Shown: positions 53,285 to 64,000 of the stretch, piece by piece
How the letters are laid out: each line of letters starts with the position of its first letter
Position numbering within the stretch: position 1 is the stretch's first letter
NCBI GenBank assembly: GCA_964016885.1
Contig: OZ024740.1
Span: 124,000,001-124,064,000 of the forward strand
DNA length: 64,000 bases
Source of the DNA: Eledone cirrhosa
Lineage: Eukaryota
Direction of reading: 5' to 3'
Translations under genes and position numbers: made by a program
Notes under the pieces: generated by a model
The model's input: only the letters and a program-made list of their open reading frames with translations
What the model was told of the DNA's origin: nothing
Database searches by the model: none

Positions 53285-53571
53285 TTCTGTCTGGCTCTCT
53301 GGAGAATGGAGGAAGTGTGTTTCCTTGAAAACTCGTATGACTTTAAAACCCGGTTTGTCTGTTTGGTTACATACAGACTAGCTGGACACTCACCGCAAAG
53401 TGTCTAGTGAAAAACTCAGTACATGTACATATGTATACATGTGTGTATTTATATGCATACTAGTACTTCCGTATACATATGTAGATGTACACTTTAACTT
53501 AATTGTTTAAGCGTCAGTCATACAAAAGTGAGTTAGAAGCGAAACGAAATTTAATTTCGTTTCGTTATTTG

Positions 53572-53607
<36 letters not shown>

Positions 53608-53614
<7 letters not shown>

Positions 53615-53972
53615 AAAAAGAAATGAAATCGAAAATGCAACTGGAGTCTTATTTTTTTTTTTAAATATATATATTTATTTGGTTCCTTTACCGGTTCGCA
53701 GTTCTTCTGCTTTTCAAAAGGTGAGTTGAGATGGAGGGTCTGTGGTTTTTCTCACATCAGATGTGAGAAAACCCACAGACCCTCCATCTCAACTCACCTT
53801 TTGAAAAGCAGAAGAACTGCGAACCGGTAAAGGAACCAAATAAATATATATATTTTTTTTTAAAAATAAGACTCCAGTTGCATTTTCGATTTCATCTCTT
53901 TTTCTTTATACTTTCACTCATGTAGGACACCTCGGTTATTTTTCATTTTGTAAAAAAAACCTCACTTTCTAA
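53608..53972. mobile_element. ~300-bp near-perfect palindrome (centre 53759) with degenerate HHR-like motifs; PLE pLTR-like
   Basis: Arms 53608-53758 and 53760-53910; CCTT-TTGAAAA-GCAG aagaa CTGC-GAA-CCGG-TA-AAGG at 53797-53833 with its mirror at 53685-53721; (TA)n flanks. Confidence 0.7.
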
Positions 53973-53994
53973 TATATATATATATATATACATA

Positions 53995-54947
53995 TATAGA
54001 GGAGCTAGAGAATAAATTATGGCTATGGAAACAGTAGTTGGCAGCAAGAGGACTGAGAGTGAACCTAGCTAAGACAAAAGTGTGATGAGTAGAAAAGAGG
54101 ACAAAACTTAGATTCCGTCAGGGAATTGGCCATGTTTGATATGCAGAAAAGGAACTGGCATAAATTCTATAAAATGCACACAAGGCAACTCCTGGGTACA
54201 CAAGAGATGTAGTGGGATAGCAGGCAAACTAACAGGTAGGGAGAAATACGTATGCAGTAGATGTACAGGGAAATTAGACAGTAGAAGTCTTATTGATAGA
54301 CACATTTTTCAAATGCAAGCAGGTTCTATAGAAGTGGTGGATAGCTTCCAGTACCTAGGAGATCAGATTAGCATGGATCCGAGGCCATAGTATCTAGAAT
54401 AAGGATGGGTTGGAAGAAGTTTAGGGAGCTGCTTCCTCTGCTGATGAAGAAGGGTTTCTCCCTGTGTACAAAAGGCCGGTTATATGATGCCTATGTGAGG
54501 AGCGCGATGCTACATGGTAGTGAGACATGGGCAGCAGCTGCGGAGGATATGCTACAGCTGGAGAGAAATGAGGCAAGCATGCTCCGTTGGATGTGCAATG
54601 TCAATGTATGTGAACGACCCAGTAGGGATGAGTTGAGAGAGAAACTGTGTCTGAGAGTGATAGAATGTAGTGTGTGAGAGAGGAGACTGCGGTGGTATGG
54701 ACATGTGATGTGCATGGACGATGATTGATGGTTGAAGAAGTGCCAGGAAATGCCAGTTGAAGGAAGATGTGGTAGAGGTAGACCACGAAAAACATGGGCG
54801 GAGGTGGTGAGAACAGACCTCAGATCACTGAAGCTCACGGTGGAGATGACGATGGACTGTGACAAGTGGAGAGATGCTGTGCTGAATAAGAATCACCCAC
54901 CCTTGCAAGCAGGGAAAAGCGGACGTAAAATGATGATGATGATGATG
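53995..54947 (+). mobile_element. RTE subfamily B, 3' fragment
   Basis: Collinear with 8068-9037; (GAT)n tail. Confidence 0.95.
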
Positions 54948-56240
54948 ATATATATATATATAAAATCATAAATGAATGTTAAAAATGATTAGATATTTTA
55001 ATGATTTCTGTAACTGACCATGTTTCAATGCAAGATATAACAACAGTAACCTTTTGTCAGTGATTAGAAGAGAGGCTATTAATAAACGATATGATGATTG
55101 CAATATTAAAGTTATACAAACGTCTAATCTAATGAAATAAATACAGCAACAGAAGAAAAAAGAGTAATCACAGGCACAATCATATATACAAAGCAGTATC
55201 AGCAAGTTGGAAACTACAACAATACACTAAAGATGTAATTATACACAAAATCCCATAAAATTCTTGAGTGATTTCTTTGATATATGAAAAGCAAAGCCAT
55301 ATATTCTGACTTATAAATAACTAAGTTGTATATTGCATGCTCCAGAAATAGATGCTATTATATTATGTACACTCAGACTTTTTTTAATATATATGCATGC
55401 TTGCATATGTGCATATTAAACATTAATATGTCACTTAAGGATGTTTTTAAACACTTTAATCTGCTACACATCAGTAGACTTATGGAGACCCAGATCTTTC
55501 TATATGCAGATTTAGGTTATTTACTGACTTTGCTGAGGATTAAAGGTTATTTTCCAAGCAGAATTTTAGTGAAAGCTATGCTTACGACTAGCATGTGCGT
55601 ACCCTAGGATAGTTATACAATATGCTGCATCCTATTCTCACAAATAAAATAATTTTACCTGAGTTTGGCAAACTAAAACCTAAGTTTAGATTCTTCTGGC
55701 TCTGACCATAGTAAGAAAATTATTGAAGATGCATTTTTGATAACACAGTCCTCACTCACCCATGCTAAATCACATGACAGGTCATAACACTATATGAATC
55801 TCTCTTTTTTGCTTAGGATATCTACACAATGCTGCTATGCAGCAAAGCGACATATTTATTGATCACAGGAAATTATATATTTAAATTAATTATCCGTATT
55901 TTTATACGGCTATGATCTCTTAAGGTTTAGCAATGCATGTTTCCGAGGTTTACATGCTAGTAAGAAGCCTAGTTAGTATGTTACATTTAGCTCCAAGTCA
56001 ATTTAGTTAAGCCAAACTATGATCAAAGGCATTTCAGTTGTGCTTTTAGGAGTATGCAATATCATTTAACACTGTAGCATTTAAACTGGTCATATCCGGA
56101 CAGAATGCTCTCGCCTCTTTCTGTTCAAACCAACTGTAACTAGCCACTCATACTGATATTAAGGTTTTGTTCTCAACATAAATAATATCAAAATCTCATA
56201 GATTGGTATTACATAAGATAATTATGTGAGGTAAAGCCTT

Positions 56241-56975
56241 TATAAAGTCGGTGAAGATTCGAAACCGAATCTGAGCTTTCCCGCCTCTTGGACAAGCCGT
56301 GGTAACTTGTTTACGCTCAAGAGACTAACCCCTTGGGAGAGGCTAAACACAGGTCAGAGGTGTTCATGCCTGACAGAAAATAGGTCATCCATCTTTCTGA
56401 CTTGTTTACGCTTGGCAAACTAATCCCTTGGGAGACTAACCAAAGTTCAGAGGATACATCTATCCTTCTAACTTCAACTCTTATAAATACAGGGGTTGTT
56501 TACGCCTCGACAGAAAAGAAGTGATATACAGACAAGACAAGTCGCATTTACAAGCTCCCGTCACGAAAAACCAGTCTGCCACTTATTCTCACCTTCTTTG
56601 CTGATCGCTGACTCCTGCAATACAAATAAGTAAATATACTGATACGCACACACGCATTCATAGTGAGTTCAGTATTTTTACACGCACCATTCATTTCTGT
56701 TTACACATATTGTACCTGTCTGATACAGTACAAATTATATTATAATCGTATTCTGTGATACTAGAATTTACGTGGCTCGAAGAGCCACCAAATTATTGTA
56801 TGAATATTTTGTGTTATTGATTTTATCATTCAATATTCAAATTGAATATTATTATAATAAAATAAACTGGGTAACAACACAATCCTGGTATTTTTCTATA
56901 CATCGAAACCGCCATACCAACAGTTACATTCATCCATCCACATATCGTTACAACCACACATATTATTCCGTTACA
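56241..56975 (+). repeat. 5' LTR (~735 bp)
   Basis: Its start is repeated at ~59960-60056 and its end at ~60063-60167 and 60292-60350; ends CCGTTACA just before the PBS. Confidence 0.85.
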
Positions 56976-56977
56976 AC

Positions 56978-56988
56978 TGGTGACCCCG
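56978..56988 (+). promoter_or_regulatory. Primer binding site, tRNA-Trp-like
   Basis: TGGTGACCCCG two nt after the LTR; complementary to the 3' end of eukaryotic tRNA-Trp. Confidence 0.75.
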
Positions 56989-57028
56989 TAAAACAGACAC
57001 ACAACCTTCTGATCATCCACTACAAACG

Positions 57029-57910
57029 ATGTCTCTCGCACACGACGATTCATCTACGGCAGAAATAGCAGTCAGGGCGGCATTTACATTAAGGATTCCA
57101 CCATTCTGGGTGCACGATCCAACACTGTGGTTCGCGCACATCGAAGCGCAGTTCCCATCGAACCGGATTGTTAGCGAGGCATCCCGTCTCACACATGTCA
57201 CCGGTTCGATGTCTCCGGAGATTATGAATGAGGTTCGAGACCTCATTTTAGCACCACCCGGCTCTGTGTCATATGACACATTTAAAAGAACATTAGTTAA
57301 GCGGACGGCGGAGTCGCAGCAGAAGCGTTTGCACCAGCTCCTCACATCGGAGGAATTAGGAGATAAAAAGCCGACACAACTCCTACGGCGAATGAAGCAG
57401 CTCCTGGGTGAACATAAACTCCCGGATGAAATTTTCAAGCAACTCTTCCTCCAGCATTTGCCTTCTGCCACACAAGTTGTACTAGCATCCACCAGGGAGT
57501 CCACCACCATAGAAGAACTCGCCGAGCTGGCAGATAAGATCATGGAGGTACCACATCCGCACTCAACTTTAGCGAATGTGACGCCAGCCGTGCCTTCCAC
57601 CAATCCTTTCCTTCAGCCCTCCAGTGCCACAGAGATGTCCGATCTACACCAGTAACTGGCACAGCAAGCAACACAGATACAGGCTTTGACGCAACAAATT
57701 CAGACCTTGTCACTGGGCAACCCTGCCACGCGTCGGTCCAAAAGTCGAACTCGCCGATTTCGTGGTCGCTCAAGAAGTCCGGGCGCATCTCGGGATTCAC
57801 CAGAAATGTGTTGGTACCACCAACAATTCGGGAGACGAGCGCAAAAGTGCAGCCATCCCTGTTCATTTGTTTCGAAAACGAATCAGGGAAACGACACAGC
57901 CAGAAACTGA
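57029..57910 (+). pseudogene. Gypsy gag with one premature stop (57653-55)
   Basis: [51 protein letters not shown]. Confidence 0.88.
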
Positions 57911-57950
57911 AGGCGACGGACGTTTCTGGCCCTCATAACCAAAGTCGCCT
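57886..57950 (+). promoter_or_regulatory. -1 ribosomal frameshift signal: slippery G GGA AAC plus H-type pseudoknot
   Basis: Slip site 57886-92 in gag phase; stem 1 GCCAGAAAC (57899-907)/GTTTCTGGC (57922-30); stem 2 AGGCGAC (57911-17)/GTCGCCT (57944-50). Confidence 0.85.
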
Positions 57951-59955
57951 ATTTTTCATTCAGTATCGCGTCACAGGCACGCGTTTCCTGGTCGACACCA
58001 GTGCTGAAGTCAGCATCATCCCGGTTTCCTGCGATCCTGGAAAAAGGAGAGAGACACCAGCCTGGCTCCAGGCGGGGAATCACTCACATATTCGGACCTA
58101 CGGAGAACAGTCCCTGACACTAAATTTGGGACTACGCCGCACTTTCCAGTGGGTATTCGTTGTAGCTAAGCTGCCGACCCCTATTTTAGGAGCTGATCTT
58201 CTTCAGCACTTCTCGCTGCTAGTGGATCTGAAAAACCAACGACTCGTTGACAACTCCACTGGTTTCGCTGTGCGCGGCATAGCCGCTAGGACAGCCACAG
58301 TCAGTCCAGTTATTTCACGATCGACAACAACAACCCGGCACAACCACATCATCAACAAATACTCAGACGTAGCTCGACCACTATTCAACGCTTGCCCTGT
58401 AAAACATGACGTCACACACCACATAAAAACACACGGCCCACCTAGAAGGCTACCACAAGACCGGCTGAAGTCCGTCAAACAAGAATGTCAGCACATGCTG
58501 GATCTCGGCATCATACGTCCGTCCATCAGCAACTGGTCCTCACCCATACACTGTGTACCCAAGAGGTCGTCGAACGACTGGCGAATCTGTGGCGACTACC
58601 GTGCACTGAACAACTGCACCGTTCCTGATTCTTATCCAGTGCCTCATCTACAGCACTTCTCTAGCTCGCTGCACGGTGCTCGCATATTTTCGAAGATCGA
58701 TCTTGTGCGAGCTTACAATCAGATACCTGTTGAGCCCGCAGATATTCCAAAGACTGCAGTCACAACACCCTTTGGAATGTTCGAATTTCTGCGTATGCCT
58801 TTCGGTTTGCAAAATGCAGCGCAGACATTCCAGCGATTCATCGATAGTCACCAGAGGTCTACCTTTTGTATATTCATACATTGACGACTTACTGGTGGCC
58901 AGCAGCTCCGATGAAGTACATGAGAAACACCTGGATCTCCTATTCACACGTTTGCGTGAATACGGAATTGTTATCAACCCCAGCAAATGTGAGTTCGGAG
59001 TTGCGTCCCTTCATTTTCTGGGACACATCATTGACAAAGATGGTATTCAGCCACTTAAGGAGAAAGTCAAATCCATCATTGATTTTCCACAACCTACATC
59101 TCTCCGCAAACTGCGAGAATTTCTTGGCCTGGTAAACTTCTACAGAAGATTTATACCCCACTGTGCAGAGACAGCCCAACCATTCACAGATTTGCTGCGG
59201 CAGCGTACAACCAAAAACGCAAACATCAAGCTCAGCGAAAAAGAATGTACCGCTTTCGCTGAGTTGAAGAAAATGTTGTCCGAGGCTACAATGCTGAGTT
59301 ACCCCAAACCTGACGCCCCAATGTGTTTATTGACTGATGCATCCGATTTCGGAGTTGGAGGTGTGCTTCAACAACTCTCTGGCGATATTTGGCGACCTAT
59401 ATCTTTTTTCTAAGCGATTAAAACCCGCCGAAACTAAGTACAGCACATTCAGTCGTGAATTATTGGCAGCATACCTTGCTGTCAAGCATTTTCGACACAT
59501 GCTAGAAGGTCGTGTGTTCTCTATATACACCGACCACAAACCATTAGTGTACGCGTTCAACGCCAAGCCTGACCGATACTCACCCGGGGAGGTCCGACAT
59601 CTGGACTTCACTTCTCAGTACACTACTGATATTCGGTACATTAAGGGTGTCACCAACTCAGCGGCTGATGCGCTATCGCGCATGGAGCTTAACGCAATCC
59701 ACACCACTGCCACTATCGACCTCCAGAGGATTGCAGCGGATCAACAGAATGACGCGGAACTGCTGCAACTCCGGAAATCACCCTTGAAATTGAAGGAATG
59801 CCCGCTGCCCTCTTCTTCGGGTTTTATTTGGTGCGACATCTCCACAGGCCACGAACGCCCATACGTGCCCCGGAAACATCGACGCGACGTTTTCTCGGCA
59901 CTGCATTCTCTGGCACATCTTGGCGTCCGCGCCACGCAGAAACTGATGGTTGCCA
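57890..59955 (+). pseudogene. Gypsy pol (PR, RT, RNase H, start of integrase), frameshifted
   Basis: FLVDTSA, DYRALN, RMPFGL, YIDD, LTDASD, YTDHKPL, HSLAHLG; then truncated. Confidence 0.92.
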
Positions 59956-61715
59956 CGGCGGCGAAGATTCGAAACCTAATCTGAGCTTTCCCGCCTCTGG
60001 GACAAGCCGTGGTAACTTGTTTACGCTCAAGAGACTAACCCCTTGGGAGAGGCTAAAACTTTGTAACAACACACTCCTGGTATTTTTCTTTACATCGAAA
60101 CCACCATACCAACAGTTACATTCATCCATCCACATATCGTTACAACCACACATATTATTCCGTTACAACTGGTGACCACGTAAAACAGACACACAACCTT
60201 CTGATCATCCACTACAAACGATGTCTCTCGCACACGACGATTCATCTACGGCAGAAATAGCAGTCAGGGCGACAATTACATTAAGGATTCCACAACAGTT
60301 ACATTCATCCATCCACTTATCGTTACAACCACACATAATATTCCGTTACACCTTTACTGTGAAAATATAATAGTATATATAGAATAATGAAAAAGATAAA
60401 ACGAGGCCAAACCCATACTATAATTAATAAAATGCATGGATATTCAGTAATTATGCCCAAAGATAGTGAAAATTGTATCTGATATAAAAAAAACTTCCCT
60501 TGCTTAAGATGGAGCAATATGATTTGAGAGTAACTTCATACCTTCAAACATCATGGAATCCTTTTTACTTAAATGTGAAGGGAGATCTAATGATAAAAAG
60601 AATCAAGATAAATACTTACATTTCAAAAAGAAGTATGCCATTAGAACTCTTTTAATTTTTAGAAGATATAATAACTTTGATAACTTTGATAGGTTTCGGC
60701 CAGTATTGGCTCAGGCCATGTCTAGCTTAATAGCACCACCTGGCTACAACATAGAAATGACCAATGAGTAAATTATACGTTGAAATGGAAAAACAAATAA
60801 GTTACCTTAATTATAAATTCATATGTATGGGTTTTAATGACTTATTTCTGTTATATTCAATATGTTGGTCTATGTACAAAATATGGACACAGTAATTCAA
60901 TATGTCCTTTTGTTGTTGGTAGCATTCCAATCAGATAAAGATACGTTGATCTGTTTCAAAAGTTTTGCATATTCATTTTTCTCCCACTTTTTTTTTCTTA
61001 GTTTCTTCTTTAAAATATTCCCTAAGGAGCATACACTCTCTCCACACCTTTACATACATTCCTTTCTTACAGACTACTTTTGCATCATATGTCAGAACTC
61101 TGGAGAAAATCCAAATTTGGAGATGCATTTATGTTAAGTAGACTTCTACTTAGTTAACAATCATAAACAAAGAATCTGCAGTAAACATACTTCTTTATCA
61201 AGAACAATATTGCAATTCTGGCTCAGTTTTGGCTGAAATTTTGGTAGTGAATCTGTTATATAACTTTACATTTTGATGTCCTTACAATCTTTACTTTTAT
61301 AGCTTTGCATGTAAGCTCACTGAAATAGCAACAATATATAGCATCCACAAATACACGAGGAGACATAACTTCTGATGGGGGCCCAACTAGGTCCAAAAAT
61401 CAATTAAAGGTGTTTATCATTTTTTTTCAACTTACTGGGAAATTCGTATTTTCTGGCTTGTTTACAAACTAAAATTGTGTATATTTATATACACACTTGG
61501 GCAGTCTTACTTACCCACTCTGTACATATAGAGATATAACTTTATTGTACACTTACATATTTGAAGGCTTATCACATCCTTTTGTTCCACAAGTATTTTT
61601 ATTGTGATGCTTCTTCCACATTCTTGCTTGTATTGGAACACTGTGCTTAGTGGTGTTGTTTTCATTAGAATCGAGAACCAACATTGAACAATTGGAGTGA
61701 TCTAGATATTGGAAA

Positions 61716-63612
61716 CATCATCATCATCATCAACATCACCATTTTACGTCCGTTCTTCCACGCTAGCATGGGTTAGACGGGTTGTCCTGTTGTGGGCAGT
61801 GTCTGGTCGGCTGACCATGCCTTGCTCTTACATGAACTGATTTGGCTTGATTTCCACAGCTGGATGCCCTTGCTAACACCAACCTCATTTACAGTGAGTG
61901 CTGGGTGCTTTTTCGTGGCGCCTACATGTCCACTTTACAGTGTGGGCTGGGTGCTTTTTTGCCGTGGCACCTCCACGACCACCTTGCGGTGGGAGGGTGT
62001 GGGGGCATATTGTCTATATGCTTGTACCCATGGAAGGTCGGGTACTCTGTATTACTGCGTGATGCCAGAAGTCACGGTCGTGTGTCATTGCCTTCGAGAG
62101 GTGTAATTGGGTAAGGCTGGCTTTTATCACCTCATCCCAGGTCATCTTGGGTCTCCCCACTCCGCGGTTTCCATCAACTTCTAGTGCTCTGCACCTTTTT
62201 ATGCAGCTGTCATCCTTCATACGCATCACATGTCCATACCAGCGTAACCGCCTCTCCTGCACACAGCATTTGATTCCTCTTATGCTCAGTCCCTCTCTCA
62301 ATTCATTTATGCTTTGTCGTTCACGTATATTACTGTTACACATCCATCGGAGCTGCAGGCTTCGTTTCTCTCTAATCTACGTAAGTCTTCCACTTTCAGC
62401 GCCCAGGTCTCACTACCATGCAACAGTGCTGTTCGGATACACGCATAATACAGTCTGCCTTTCATTCTGAGGGAGAAGCCTTTTGCAGCTAGCAGTGGTA
62501 GTAGTTCACTAAACTTCTTCCATCCCGTTCTTACCCTAGTTATTGTACTTTCTGAACACCCACCTCCGCTGCTAATTCGGCCACCTAGGTAGCAGAAGCT
62601 GTCTACTGTTTCCACAGAGCCCTCCCAGAGATTGGTGGTACTTGTTTCCTGTGGCTGTTTGCTGCTTGCTGTCTCAGCACAGCTGCTGCATGTGAAGCCT
62701 ACATTCTTAATTAAGCTTCCAGAGATCCCGCTACATCTCTTGTGTACCCATTGTTTGCATTTGGGGCAGAGAATGGAGTTCCTACCTACACCTTTCCTAC
62801 ATACTGAGCAAGGCCATTTCCCTGAGGGGATCTGGGTTCTGTTTTCTCGTCTACATACAAGGACCTTAGTCTTTGTCATGTTGACTTTGAGACCCTTTCT
62901 TTCTAGTCCCTGCTTCCAAGTTTGGAATGTATTCTCTAGTTCTACCATAGATTCAGCTATGAGTGCCAGGTCATCAGCATACAGGAGTTCCCATGGGCAT
63001 CCGGTCTTAAACTCCTCCGTTATTGCCTGCAGGACTATGATGAACAGGAGGGGGCTAAGAACAGAGCCCTGGTGGACCCCAACCTGTACGCTAAATTCCT
63101 CGCTATACTCATTGCTAATCCTAACTTTGCTGACTGCTCCCCTATACATGGCTTGTACCGCTTTCACAAGCCATTCATCTACTCCTAGTTTTCTAAGAGC
63201 CCACCAGATTACAGCACGTGGAACTCTGTCAAAGGCTTTCTCAAGGTCGACAAATGCCAAGTAGAGTGGCTTACTTTTAGCTAGGTACTTTTCCTGTAAT
63301 TGCCTCACAAGGAAGAGGGCATCAGTGGTGCCTCTTCCTGGTACAAACCCAAATTGCATCTCGTCTATTTTCACCCGGTCCCTAATCAACTGTGCTATAA
63401 CTCTTTCTGTTACTTTCATGACCTGGTCCATCAACTTCATACCTCTATAGTTTCCTCTATCTAGTGCATCACCTTTACCTTTGTAGCAGTCGACTTTATA
63501 CCTCTATAGTTTCCTCTATCTAGTGCATCGCCTTTACCTTTGTAGCAGTTGACAATGATGCTACTGCACCAATCTTTTGGTATGGCACCTTCTAGTATTA
63601 CCTGGTTAACAA
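61716..63612 (-). mobile_element. RTE subfamily C, 5'-truncated, with a 59-bp tandem duplication near its 5' end
   Basis: ORF 62307-63440 has the RT and an intact C4HC3 finger; duplication at 63439/63498; (GAT)n tail at 61716-61737. Confidence 0.95.
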
Positions 63613-64000
63613 TACACCTGTACATATACTCAAACACTTGTACATATACTCAAACAGATAAAGGATTTGCTAAAATGAACAACAGAGTCAGGCAAAGGAA
63701 TTTAGATCCGAAAGTGCTAACTATTAACCATCAACTAATGTATACTAAAAAAGCAACAAGGCTCATAGAAAGTTGTCATATACCAGCTAATGGTAAATAT
63801 ACTAATTCTACATTGAACCCAACTATATCTCTTCTTTTCAGTTACTGCACATATTTTCGTAACATTTTATCTTAAGACTAATTGTCTTAATTTGTATCCA
63901 TTTGGTACTAATACGTTGGAGCCCTTTGTATCCATCGTAAAGGAACTAAACAACATATTTCCAGATATTGATCGATAAGATGGGACTGTCTGTGTTTTGT

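Larger units (their letters stand above)
52376..53577. mobile_element. Retrozyme-like element: 470-nt unit present as a ~1.13-mer (minus, 52376-52907) and a ~1.43-mer (plus, 52908-53577)
   Basis: Period 470 in both arms (52376/52846; 52908/53378); arms differ at only a handful of positions; one intact HHR per arm; (TA)n on both flanks. Confidence 0.9.
56241..60350 (+). mobile_element. Ty3/Gypsy LTR retrotransposon, integrase-deleted and rearranged; TSD CCTT
   Basis: gag-PR-RT-RH-IN order; CCTT at 56237-40 and 60351-54; termini TATAA (probably from TGTAA) and TTACA. Confidence 0.92.

Noticed and set aside
52551-53328. Two near-identical 67-aa ORFs (52551-52754 minus, 53125-53328 plus)
   Set aside because: By-product of the inverted duplication. 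They overlap the HHR and hairpins and have no recognisable motif, so coding is unsupported.

Overview
AT-rich eukaryotic DNA dense in repeats, with no supportable host protein-coding exon and one 200-N assembly gap. The SINE/RTE repertoire and (TA)n/(GAT)n microsatellites are most consistent with an octopod cephalopod, but that is inference. Contents: three RTE-clade LINE subfamilies, including one near-intact ~4 kb copy with a single premature stop, all with a C4HC3 (PHD-like) finger inside the pol ORF; a CR1-type LINE; a rearranged Ty3/Gypsy element with a -1 frameshift pseudoknot; fragments of CRE-, R4/Dong- and other RTE-type elements; several tRNA-derived SINE families; and small DNA-transposon MITEs. 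The main signal is a set of five sequence-unrelated insertions with a shared architecture: divergent inverted arms, outer ends in (TA)n, and type I hammerhead ribozyme (HHR) motifs with a palindromic helix III. One encodes a Penelope-like GIY-YIG endonuclease remnant. The other four are non-coding and hairpin-rich, and two of them are terminally redundant 470-nt and 322-nt units. Together they suggest retrozyme-like or circular-RNA parasites of Penelope-like elements. All alignments were done by eye; element boundaries are approximate (about +/-10-20 nt) unless motif coordinates are given.
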